A stretch of DNA of 48,479 nucleotides from a bacterium (GTDB lineage: Bacteria; Patescibacteriota; Patescibacteriia; JACQSD01): assembly GCA_030648795.1 (NCBI GenBank), contig JAUSHC010000002.1, positions 1 to 48,479 of the forward strand. Reading direction: 5' to 3'. Below, piece by piece: positions 9,687 to 18,739 of the stretch; the first letter of the stretch is position 1; each line of letters starts with the position of its first letter. A program made the translations under genes and the position numbers. The notes under the pieces were generated by a model that saw only the letters and a program-made list of their open reading frames with translations, ran no database searches and was not told the origin of the DNA.

Positions 9687-9736
9687 TGTTTGATATTTGA
9701 ACAATATTCGCGCACTGCGCGAGAAAGGGGTATGCG

Positions 9737-10672
9737 ATGGCATGGGTAAGAGGTATTGTGACGGGTCGCATCAATGATGACGGGCGGATCATCGCGGAGA
9801 CACGTGCTCTTGAAGTAATGCAAGGATTAAAGCCCGGAACGCCGAAAGAGGCGCAGGATGCCGGAATGGACCTTGCAGCTGGTCGGCAGATCCAAGAGCG
9901 GAAACCCGGACCATTTTCGTTCATGGGGTATTTCGGCGGAGCTACTGCGATGGTTGTTCCGTTCGTTGCTTTGACGCTGTTGGACGAAAGGCGCATGCGG
10001 CGGTTGTACGAAAAGTATTTTGGTCCGCTCAAAGAAGGCGAGAAGCCATGTTTTCCGGAAGACGTTGCGATCATGCATGTGCGAAACACGGGCGCACCCG
10101 CACGTCAGAACGACGCGGAACCCTCGGGCGGTATGGCAGAGACCACGGATCTTCTGGTTGAACAGGTGGGAGAGATGGTCGAGATGGGGGTTTTAAGGTC
10201 TGATCATCAGTGGACTCGTTTTCTTCTGCCATCTGAAGTTGCCATGCATCAAGAGGCATTCAATCACAAGCAGTTCGAGGCATGGAATCTTTTTTCCCAG
10301 GCTCTATGGGTTCGAGGTGAATCGGCGCAACTCGAGTTATTGCGCGTGGGTCGCGACCAGTTCAACGGGCAGTCGGGTATTGTTACCGCTGGCCCTGTGG
10401 GTGATGTTGCCGTTACATACGTTGCCAAGGTGCACTTGAATGGCACGGGCTGGAAGTTTTTGGACCTCGAGACGCACAATGGCAATCCTATGCGTCGCAA
10501 GATGGTTGCTATCGTTCCGCGTCCGTATCGTTCACCACTTGTGCTTCAGTTGGACGAGAACGGGGGGTTGGACGACTTCGGTCATCACTTCGTGCTCTGT
10601 GGGGAGAACGTGGATCTCTGCGTGACCCACATCGGGAAGGCCGTACTGCAAGCACTCGGTTGGCTCCTATAG
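9737..10672 (+). CDS. Hypothetical protein with one predicted transmembrane helix
   Basis: Long ORF preceded by AAGGGG. I recognise no family motif. There is a single hydrophobic stretch, FMGYFGGATAMVVPFVALTLL. Confidence 0.6.
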   Translation: MAWVRGIVTGRINDDGRIIAETRALEVMQGLKPGTPKEAQDAGMDLAAGRQIQERKPGPFSFMGYFGGATAMVVPFVALTLLDERRMRRLYEKYFGPLKEGEKPCFPEDVAIMHVRNTGAPARQNDAEPSGGMAETTDLLVEQVGEMVEMGVLRSDHQWTRFLLPSEVAMHQEAFNHKQFEAWNLFSQALWVRGESAQLELLRVGRDQFNGQSGIVTAGPVGDVAVTYVAKVHLNGTGWKFLDLETHNGNPMRRKMVAIVPRPYRSPLVLQLDENGGLDDFGHHFVLCGENVDLCVTHIGKAVLQALGWLL

Positions 10673-10683
10673 AAGGGAATGTT

Positions 10684-11307
10684 ATGGACAAGCCCGAAAA
10701 GGTTCTTTTCGACATTGGCAACGTGATCCTGCGTGCAACGCATCAGATTACGTTTGCGATTCTGTGGGAGCTGGGAGTTCGACCGGACAAGGTTGCGCTC
10801 TTCTTCCATCAGAAGGCTTACGGAGAATTTGCTCTCGGGAGAATTACCGGTGAGCAATTCGCACAAGCGACCCGTGAAGTGCTTGAGGCACCGTGGCTTA
10901 CGGATAAGCAAATCCGTGCCGCACATGACGCGCATATCTACATGGTGGACGATGCGGTCATGGAGGTCATTCGTGAGCTCGATCATAAAAAACGGCTTCT
11001 CGGCTTCGTCACCACAACGAACGAGTGGCAGACGGAACGCGAACATCAGTTTCTGGATCTTGGTTCGGTGGTTCGTTCACACGAGATCGGTATGACGAAG
11101 ACGAGCGTTAACGCATGGATCATGATCTTGCAGCAATTCAAGATGTCGATGGATCAAGCTCCATCAATTCTTCTCGTAGACGACGCATCCGCGAATAACG
11201 CGTTTGCGGAAACCGTAGGACTTGCCACGTATCAGTATGATCCCAGACCAATCATCGGGGTCGAGAAGTTGATCGCGGAATTACGCGAGCGCCAGCTTCT
11301 TGTATAG
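10684..11307 (+). CDS. HAD-IA hydrolase, YihX-like sugar-phosphate phosphatase
   Basis: VLFDIGNVIL (DxG variant of motif I, as in E. coli YihX), GRITGEQF and LLVDDASANN motifs. Confidence 0.7.
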   Translation: MDKPEKVLFDIGNVILRATHQITFAILWELGVRPDKVALFFHQKAYGEFALGRITGEQFAQATREVLEAPWLTDKQIRAAHDAHIYMVDDAVMEVIRELDHKKRLLGFVTTTNEWQTEREHQFLDLGSVVRSHEIGMTKTSVNAWIMILQQFKMSMDQAPSILLVDDASANNAFAETVGLATYQYDPRPIIGVEKLIAELRERQLLV

Positions 11308-11317
11308 AATTACCAGT

Positions 11318-11347
11318 GACCGCTTTAACACAAGGCGGTCTTTTTTT
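11318..11347 (+). terminator. Rho-independent terminator after the HAD gene
   Basis: GACCGC (11318-11323), a loop, GCGGTC (11335-11340), then T7. Confidence 0.65.
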
Positions 11348-11363
11348 CTGCTTAGATCGAATG

Positions 11364-11392
11364 TTGACTCTTGAGAGCATCTCTCGTATTAT
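11364..11392 (+). promoter_or_regulatory. Sigma70-like promoter TTGACT-17 nt-TATTAT upstream of the 2-epimerase operon
   Basis: Hexamers at 11364-11369 and 11387-11392 with a 17-nt spacer. Confidence 0.55.
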
Positions 11393-11419
11393 ACCTGTAT
11401 AAGTCTTCACTTCTTTTTT

Positions 11420-12616
11420 ATGGCAAAGAAAAAACTTGCAATCGTTTTAGGAATTCGTCCCGATATTATCCGTGCTTCACTGGTGCTCCAAAGACTCTTT
11501 GCGCAGGATAAGCACGAGATTGTGTTTATCTGGTCCGGTCAGCACTATTCTGATAATTTGAAAGAAGTATTTTTTCAAGAGCTTAATGTGCCGCGGCCAT
11601 CAATGGAGCTTGGCGTAAGTGGTGAAAATGATGCTGAAGTTTCCTCGGAAGTACTCCGGCGACTTTACCCTGTTTTAGAAAAACTACAGCCCGAAGCAGT
11701 GATGTTTCTCGGTGATACGAATACGATCGTCGGATCAATTGCGGCAGCACAACTCAATATCCCCATAGTCCATTTTGAGGGGTGTTGGAGTGCCTATGAT
11801 TGGCGCATGCCGGAAACCAAATATCGCAATCTCATCGATCAATTGTCAGACGTTATTTACACCTATTTTCCAGAGTATAAATATCAGGGGATGCTGGCGG
11901 GTCTCAATCCGAAGAGTATTATCGTCACGGATGGTAATCCGATTGTTGAAATTCTTGATACCTATTATTTCAAACAGAAAGCAAAATTTGATGCGCTTGC
12001 CACGCCGGAATTTTTTAAGTCGCGGGGGATTGAAAAAGGGGAGTACTATTTGATGACGTGGCATCGTCGCGAGAATGTGCATATCCGTTCTTCGTTTGAG
12101 GCAATCTTAAATCTGATCGGTAGCACAAAGAGAAAGATTTATTTGCCGTTAAGTTATCGAACGCAGAAAGTGCTCAAAGAGTACGGACTGTCGCTTCCGA
12201 AAAATGTGATCATGGTAGACCCTATCGGTTACATGGAAATAGTTGCGCTCATGGTGAATAGTCGTGGAGTGATTACGGATTCTGGTACGATCGTCGAAGA
12301 AACATGCGTACTGCAGGTACCGTCGCTCCAAATGCGCAAAGCAACCGAACGACCGCAAGTGTATGATGTGGGCTCAAGTGTGAAATTCGATCCAGCCGCG
12401 CCTGAAAAATATCCGGCAGAGGTCGTATTTAAGAAATTTGAGAGTCTCTACGGCAAAAAGTGGCAACACGGATTAGGGGATGGTAAAGCATCGGAGCGTA
12501 TTGCAAACGATCTCCTCTGGCGTCTCGATAACGATGCTTTCCGAATGCACAAGCCGGAGCATGATCATCGTTGGATTGAGCGGTCATATCGGGAGGATGG
12601 ATTATCAACGTCATGA
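11420..12616 (+). CDS. UDP-N-acetylglucosamine 2-epimerase family protein (non-hydrolysing type)
   Basis: LAIVLGIRPDIIRAS N-terminus, HFEGC in place of HVEAG, and TDSGTIVEE (compare TDSGGIQEE). Confidence 0.8.
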   Translation: MAKKKLAIVLGIRPDIIRASLVLQRLFAQDKHEIVFIWSGQHYSDNLKEVFFQELNVPRPSMELGVSGENDAEVSSEVLRRLYPVLEKLQPEAVMFLGDTNTIVGSIAAAQLNIPIVHFEGCWSAYDWRMPETKYRNLIDQLSDVIYTYFPEYKYQGMLAGLNPKSIIVTDGNPIVEILDTYYFKQKAKFDALATPEFFKSRGIEKGEYYLMTWHRRENVHIRSSFEAILNLIGSTKRKIYLPLSYRTQKVLKEYGLSLPKNVIMVDPIGYMEIVALMVNSRGVITDSGTIVEETCVLQVPSLQMRKATERPQVYDVGSSVKFDPAAPEKYPAEVVFKKFESLYGKKWQHGLGDGKASERIANDLLWRLDNDAFRMHKPEHDHRWIERSYREDGLSTS

Positions 12617-14289
12617 ATGCTTCAACTTTTTCGCAGTATAGCATTGCTGCCAACTTCACGAACGATTCACTGATTATCCTTTACAGTATCGGAGTTGCCG
12701 TCACTCTGCTTATCAGTGGGGCGGTGTATTTTTTTTGTCGTCAAAGTCAATGGGCTATTTCTAAAACACTGCTAAGACTTTTGATTGTTGCTGCTGGGTA
12801 TCTTTTTTTTGCACAATATTTCAAATACCGAAGCTTGCATTTTTATGTAGATTTTTCGCATTGGATGCAACTTCTTTATACCATTGTAGACACCGGATTT
12901 CCGCATGCTCTCAATCAAGAGTTTATTGTGCCCGGATCGCTCAACTATTTTTCAGTTCATTTTGTTCCTTTTATTTATATTCTTGCGATGCCATTTAAGT
13001 TGATTCCATCCCCGGAGACAGTCATTGTGCTTAATGTGGTACTTATGCTTTCCGCGGCGATCCCACTTTATAAGCTCGCGTTTTATATGCGGAAAGATAG
13101 ACATTTCGCGTTGCTTATCGCCGCACTTCTGCTTTGGTACCCCACATTTCAATACATTACACTCTATGAATTTGAGATGCTACGATTCAGTATACCGATC
13201 CTGTTGTGGATGTTGTATTTTTTTGAAACACGGCGCACTCTACTTTATTTTCTTTTTGCATTTTTGGCGATTTTTGTTCGTGAGGAAATGGGACTAACAA
13301 TTGCAATATTCGGTATATACGCATGGTTCTTTCAAAAGCGGCGCAGGGAAGGATTACCTTCGATTTTTCTTGGACTTGGAGGATTTGCCTTGATTACGAG
13401 TGTAATTATGCTGATGTTGCGAAGCGGCGAGTATATTCATGTTGCTGCCGGAGAATTTTCCAAGTTTGGCAGTTCTCCTTTTGAGATTGTTGTTGGCGTG
13501 ATACGCCATCCAGTAGTGATGTTTCAGATGATCCTTAATCCGCTTAAGCTTGCCAACCTTTTTATGCTCGGCTTTCCTTTGCTCTTTGTTCCACTAGCTT
13601 CGCCGAGCGCGCTACTGGGGATGATGGCTAATGTGGGCACGGGATTATTGAGCAAATCAGTTATTCACACTTCTTATCAACTTTACTATCTTGCGCCTAG
13701 TGTACCATTTATCTTCTATGCCCTACTTAAAGCCTGGCCCTCCCTCACACTGCCTTCTCCCTTGGGGAGAGGAGTTGGAGTGAGGATAAGGGGGTGGGTA
13801 GGGGGGTGGGGTGAGAAACCACTCATGAACGCCCTTCTTACGGCAGTGATCGTCTCCAATATTTTTTTCGGTCCTTCTCCAATCTCGCTTCAATTTTGGT
13901 TCAAGGATATTCGTCCTGCGCCGTTCCGTACCCAGGATTTTCATGGGTCAACCTATCGTGTAATTACTCATCACCAAAAAGTGGAGGAGTTTGTGGATCT
14001 GATTCCGAATGACGCAATTGTATCTGCTCCTCAATTTTTGCATCCGCGACTTTATAAAAAAAAGGGGACGATGATGTTTCCTAAACTTCAAAGCCAAGAC
14101 GGAAAATGGCGGGCGGAGTATGTACTATTAGATATCACGAACAATGGATTAAAGTTGGAAAGCCCAGCATATGTGACGCAGACGGAGATGGCGGTAGTAC
14201 GAGAGAATAGTGAGTGGAAGTTTATGAAAGCAGACGATGGATATGAGTTGTACAGACGACATCTTTTTTTAAAGGATGATTCTTTATGA
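12613..14289 (+). CDS. DUF2079-like polytopic membrane protein (possible glycosyltransferase)
   Basis: Many TM helices followed by a C-terminal soluble domain. Contains an in-frame GC/G-rich insert at about 13738-13815. Confidence 0.65.
   Translation: MNASTFSQYSIAANFTNDSLIILYSIGVAVTLLISGAVYFFCRQSQWAISKTLLRLLIVAAGYLFFAQYFKYRSLHFYVDFSHWMQLLYTIVDTGFPHALNQEFIVPGSLNYFSVHFVPFIYILAMPFKLIPSPETVIVLNVVLMLSAAIPLYKLAFYMRKDRHFALLIAALLLWYPTFQYITLYEFEMLRFSIPILLWMLYFFETRRTLLYFLFAFLAIFVREEMGLTIAIFGIYAWFFQKRRREGLPSIFLGLGGFALITSVIMLMLRSGEYIHVAAGEFSKFGSSPFEIVVGVIRHPVVMFQMILNPLKLANLFMLGFPLLFVPLASPSALLGMMANVGTGLLSKSVIHTSYQLYYLAPSVPFIFYALLKAWPSLTLPSPLGRGVGVRIRGWVGGWGEKPLMNALLTAVIVSNIFFGPSPISLQFWFKDIRPAPFRTQDFHGSTYRVITHHQKVEEFVDLIPNDAIVSAPQFLHPRLYKKKGTMMFPKLQSQDGKWRAEYVLLDITNNGLKLESPAYVTQTEMAVVRENSEWKFMKADDGYELYRRHLFLKDDSL
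13738..13811 (+). repeat. In-frame GC-rich palindromic insert plus G-quadruplex-type G-tract run inside the DUF2079-like gene
   Basis: Nested stems CCTCAC/GTGAGG and TCTCCC/GGGAGA, followed by GGGGG-T-GGG-TA-GGGGGG-T-GGGG at 13790-13811. Confidence 0.85.
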
Positions 14290-15410
14290 AGATTGCGATG
14301 ACATTACTTTCAGGCGTTTATTATGGAGGAGCGACGATTTTTAATAATCTCATTCCTGCGCTGGTTGCGGCGGATTCCAAGAATGAATATCATTTGTTTG
14401 TTCCCGAAGGGCATCCATTTATCAATCAAGTGAAGCAGAAGAATTTTATATTTCATGAGTGTGTTGGACGAAATCAGTCCGTACTCAAACGCTTTTTGTG
14501 GGAACAGCTCATTTTGCCGCGGGAATTAAAAAAATACAAGGTAGATGTTCTTTTTATGGCAAAAAATATCAATATACTTTTGGCGCGGTGCAAAACTATA
14601 ATTGCACTGCAAAATATGGAACCACTTGCCTATCGAGAATATGATAACGACTGGAAGCTTAATGTAGCATCGTGGATTAAATGGCATTTGAACAAGTGGT
14701 CAGTCCGCAAGGCAGATTATATAGTAGCAGTGTCACAGGCAGTAAAAGATCGCGCCATACGATGTTTTCCTGGGATCGAGAAGAAGGTGAGTGTAGTGTA
14801 TAATGGCAACCCGGTACCATCGTCTCAAGCTACTCGTAACTCCTCTTTGCAAAGGATGGGTGGGGGTGGACAAGAGCCGTTTATTCTTACGGCTTCCAAA
14901 TTCGTTGCCTATGCCAATCAACTGAATCTTGTAAAGGCCTATCAATGTTTATGTGAAAAGAATCCGAATACTCCACCCCTCTGGTTTGCCGGTGGAGTGC
15001 ATGATAAAAAGTATTTTGAAAAAGTGCAAAATTTTGTAGATAATAATGGACTGAAAGAGCGGGTGAAGTTTCTCGGTCTTGTGCCGCAGGATCGTTTGTT
15101 CGAGTTAATGCGTCAGGCGCAAGTATTTGTATTCCCCTCAACCCTTGAAGCCTGTCCGCACACACCTATTGAAGCAATGTCTTGTGGCGCACCCATCGCG
15201 GCCTCAAGTACACCGCCAATGCCGGAAATTTGCAAAGATGCGGCGATCTATTTTGATCCGAGCAATCCAGACGATATTGCCCGGGTAATTGAGCAATTGC
15301 TTACTGAGGAGAAAAAGCGCGATGAGCTGCGCGCAAGAGGTCCAGTCCGCGCCCAATTTTTTAACTGGAACAAAACCGCGAAGGCATTGATGGATATTTT
15401 TAAACTCTAG
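14286..15410 (+). CDS. Glycosyltransferase family 4 (GT-B fold)
   Basis: C-terminal FVFPSTLEACPHTPIEAMSCGAPIAAS, an E-x7-E type motif. Confidence 0.85.
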   Translation: MKIAMTLLSGVYYGGATIFNNLIPALVAADSKNEYHLFVPEGHPFINQVKQKNFIFHECVGRNQSVLKRFLWEQLILPRELKKYKVDVLFMAKNINILLARCKTIIALQNMEPLAYREYDNDWKLNVASWIKWHLNKWSVRKADYIVAVSQAVKDRAIRCFPGIEKKVSVVYNGNPVPSSQATRNSSLQRMGGGGQEPFILTASKFVAYANQLNLVKAYQCLCEKNPNTPPLWFAGGVHDKKYFEKVQNFVDNNGLKERVKFLGLVPQDRLFELMRQAQVFVFPSTLEACPHTPIEAMSCGAPIAASSTPPMPEICKDAAIYFDPSNPDDIARVIEQLLTEEKKRDELRARGPVRAQFFNWNKTAKALMDIFKL

Positions 15411-15425
15411 CACACCACTTTCGTT

Positions 15426-17075
15426 ATGAGGTCTATTTTCCGTAGCTCTGCAGTGCCGTTGATACTCTACTGCATTATGATTGGTTTGATTATTTCAAGT
15501 CACATTGAACTGTGGTTCAAGATAAGTTTTGTCATGTATGCGATTTTTATTTTCTATATGATATGGGGGGCTGTATTAGAGCATACTAACTCTAATATAT
15601 CCCAACGTAATTTTAAATTCTTCTATTATTTACTTGGAGGTGCAGTGGTTTTTTTTATTGTGACGAGATTATATATGTTTGTTCGATTTGGCATGGCGCC
15701 GCTTGGATATGATACTGGGTTCTACCTTGAGTCGATCAAAGAAACATTTAGTTCACTCGGTTACAGTAAATCAGCAGTAAGGGCCTATTTATGGGTCCCC
15801 TTCGTTTGGCTTAGAGTTCCAAACGTGTATATTTTACATGGACTTTATATTCTTTTTCAATTTCTTACGGTAGGGAGCGTCTATATACTTGCGCGCTCTT
15901 TTCATGCTTCCTCGCGTATTGTGTATGGCGTGGTTGCAGTGTTTCTTTATGCGGTTTCTATTCCACAATTTTTAGCATTTTGGTGGATGTTTTATCAAAT
16001 GGAACTTGCGGTTGCCTTGCTTTTGATTACGATTGCTCTTATGCACCGGCGTAGCGTCCTTGCGGTTATGACGGGTGCATTTGGTGCCGCAATCCATCCT
16101 CCGACCTTTCTTCCGTTCGGGATCGCGCTTGTCTTGTTTTTGATCTTACAAAGCGTTCGTTCACTCTTTCAACGAAAAAAATTGGAAAAGGAGACGATAT
16201 TTATATTGGGATTAGGACTTGCGGCGTTTATTCTTGTTAAGCGATTTGGTGGAGATTTTATTGCGTGGTATCTTGGCGGATCAGTTACTGAATATGGCTG
16301 GTTTCTTACAAATTTTCCTGAACACTTGAAGCAGATGTATACTGGACTTTATATAAATTTTGAAATTTTTCGTTTGGCCAATATTTACCTCCTCCCTTTT
16401 TCTGGGATCGGTGTACTTTTATTTTTGTTTGGTAAACTTCGTAGTAAAGAGCCGACATTCGTCTCCCGTCTACTCTTGGCGCTAGTATTACTGGTAGTTT
16501 TATTTATTGCATCATATTTCCCCTTTATTTATCACAATCGGTTTTTGATTATCCTTGACCTCATGCTTATCATATTCGCAGTATATCCTTTTTCTATTTT
16601 TATATTGCGGCTACTTAAAAATACTGAAGGGCAAGTGATGTTGTTTTTACTATTATTAGGATTTGTCTTGTTTAATGGTTTTATGGTGTGGAATCAAAAA
16701 CCGCAAGTGTATCCTGATGAACTTGCAGAAATACGTGCAATTGATGTAGTTGCGAGCCCCTCCGATTATGCAATGGCGACTGAATCGGTTTATACTCCCT
16801 GGGTGAAGGCATTTTCGAATCGTGCAACCATTGATCCTGGTTTTTTTCCGACGAACCAGTGGGACTATGAGATGTGGAAAGAATTTTGGAAGGGGGAAAG
16901 CAATGACCGGCGCCATGAGTTGCTTCAAATGTATGATCGACCGATTTACATTTTTGTTGGGAAAATAGTGTCAAATGATATTCCCTATAGACGTTTTATT
17001 GTTTCGGATCCGCATTTTTCTCAAATCAGTCCGCATGTATGGCGATATGATCCTAATTTGGCGCGCACGCAGTAA
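15426..17075 (+). CDS. Polytopic membrane protein, GT-C-like
   Basis: More than 10 hydrophobic helices followed by a soluble C-terminal domain. Sits in the glycan locus. No specific motif recognised. Confidence 0.55.
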   Translation: MRSIFRSSAVPLILYCIMIGLIISSHIELWFKISFVMYAIFIFYMIWGAVLEHTNSNISQRNFKFFYYLLGGAVVFFIVTRLYMFVRFGMAPLGYDTGFYLESIKETFSSLGYSKSAVRAYLWVPFVWLRVPNVYILHGLYILFQFLTVGSVYILARSFHASSRIVYGVVAVFLYAVSIPQFLAFWWMFYQMELAVALLLITIALMHRRSVLAVMTGAFGAAIHPPTFLPFGIALVLFLILQSVRSLFQRKKLEKETIFILGLGLAAFILVKRFGGDFIAWYLGGSVTEYGWFLTNFPEHLKQMYTGLYINFEIFRLANIYLLPFSGIGVLLFLFGKLRSKEPTFVSRLLLALVLLVVLFIASYFPFIYHNRFLIILDLMLIIFAVYPFSIFILRLLKNTEGQVMLFLLLLGFVLFNGFMVWNQKPQVYPDELAEIRAIDVVASPSDYAMATESVYTPWVKAFSNRATIDPGFFPTNQWDYEMWKEFWKGESNDRRHELLQMYDRPIYIFVGKIVSNDIPYRRFIVSDPHFSQISPHVWRYDPNLARTQ

Positions 17076-17090
17076 ATTACTTTTTCCATT

Positions 17091-17531
17091 ATGCTATTTC
17101 GTATACTTAACCATCTTTCAACACATAAACAGATTCGTTCGTGGTTTATTTTTGCTATTATCACCATAGTGGTAATAGCGATTGGTGCATTAAAGATAGG
17201 GGTTGTTCGCTCATTCAATTTGGTCGTCGGATCCCTTTTTATTTTGTTTTTTCCAGGATGGTTTCTTAGTTTCATCACCTTTCCTATGAGTGACGGGTTG
17301 AACGATGAGTCAGAACTATCTTCTCGTCGTGCCCTTGATATCATTGAACGATGCACCCTTGCTGTTGCACTATCTATAATAATTTCCTCCATAATAGTTT
17401 TTGTGTTATATAATTTTTTAGGGAGTAGTAAGTTAACTCCAATAAATTTTATCGTGGCAGCCGTCTTTTTAAATAGCATACTTTTTGCGGTGGCTACTTT
17501 GCGAAAAAAAAGAGTGAAGCTATGCGTATAG
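17091..17531 (+). CDS. Small integral membrane protein
   Basis: 146 aa with 4 hydrophobic segments. Tightly packed between neighbouring genes. Confidence 0.5.
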   Translation: MLFRILNHLSTHKQIRSWFIFAIITIVVIAIGALKIGVVRSFNLVVGSLFILFFPGWFLSFITFPMSDGLNDESELSSRRALDIIERCTLAVALSIIISSIIVFVLYNFLGSSKLTPINFIVAAVFLNSILFAVATLRKKRVKLCV

Positions 17532-18739
17532 TTCTCGTTACCATCTGCTATCCTCCGGAAATTCGATCCATCTCGAATATGGTGCGGGAGTTTGCTGAAG
17601 AATTGGTACAGCGAGGACATGCAGTAACCGTACTTACTGGATGGCCGCAGTATAATTTGAGTGAAGAAGATCGGCAGCGTGTTTTTATCACAGACAGCGT
17701 TGAGAACGGGGTGCGTGTCCTTCGTATAAAAACATTACCGACGCACAAAGTGCCGTATATCATTCGTGGCATTGGTCAAGTGTTTTTGCCTTTTCTTTTT
17801 TTGCGTGCATTTAAAAAATATGTGCGCGATTCCGTTGATGCGGTTGTTGTCTACAGCCCGCATCTGCCACTTACAAAAGTCGGCACGGCGATCAAAAAGC
17901 AGTATGGAGCTCGATATATTTTAAATATTCAAGATATTTTTCCGCAAAATGCAATTGATCTCGGCGTGTTGAAGAACAAAATGTTGATTCGCTATTTTGA
18001 AGATATGGAACGACGCGCGTATGCGGCGGCAGATGTCGTGACGACGTGCACAGAGAATGCCCGTCAATTTTTAACGACACGCAAAGGGTTGTCGGAGGCA
18101 AAAGTGATGTGCGTGCCGAACTGGATTGATATACGTCAGTATGCGCGTGCGGGAGCAAGAGGTGTGTACAGGAAAAAATATAATCTTGGCAATCGATTCG
18201 TTCTATTATTTCCGGGGATTTTTGGTCCATCGCAAGGATTGGATTTTGTCATTGAAGTGGCGCGTCGTGTCGCAGATTTGACGGACATTTGTTTTTTATT
18301 TGTTGGCGATGGTACGGAAAAAGAAAAAATACAAGCATTGACGAAAAAGTATCATTGTGCGAATGTGCAGTTTGAACTATTTGTGTCACTCCATGAGTTT
18401 CCAAGGCTTTTGCAAGACGCAGATGTTGGGTTGCTCGCCTTAAAACACGATAGCGGAACACCGACGGTGCCGGGAAAATTTTTTGGATTTTTGGCGGCAC
18501 GGCTTCCGGTGCTTGGATTTTTGAATAAAGAAAGCGAGGGACACCGATTAATTCAAGAGTCGGGATGTGGGTATTCATGTCTATCCGACGATGTTGGACA
18601 AGCCGAAGCGCTTGTGCGCACAATGTATGGTAAGAGAGGTCAACTGTCCGATTTTGGGGAAAAGGGGTTTGCGTATGTGCAGAAACATTTTTCCAAGAAG
18701 GGCTGTATTGATAAACTAGAAAAATTATTACACTCATGA
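17522..18739 (+). CDS. Glycosyltransferase family 4, WcaI-like
   Basis: MRIVLVTICYPPE...RGHAVTVLTGWPQYN N-terminus typical of WcaI-like GT4 enzymes. Confidence 0.85.
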   Translation: MRIVLVTICYPPEIRSISNMVREFAEELVQRGHAVTVLTGWPQYNLSEEDRQRVFITDSVENGVRVLRIKTLPTHKVPYIIRGIGQVFLPFLFLRAFKKYVRDSVDAVVVYSPHLPLTKVGTAIKKQYGARYILNIQDIFPQNAIDLGVLKNKMLIRYFEDMERRAYAAADVVTTCTENARQFLTTRKGLSEAKVMCVPNWIDIRQYARAGARGVYRKKYNLGNRFVLLFPGIFGPSQGLDFVIEVARRVADLTDICFLFVGDGTEKEKIQALTKKYHCANVQFELFVSLHEFPRLLQDADVGLLALKHDSGTPTVPGKFFGFLAARLPVLGFLNKESEGHRLIQESGCGYSCLSDDVGQAEALVRTMYGKRGQLSDFGEKGFAYVQKHFSKKGCIDKLEKLLHS

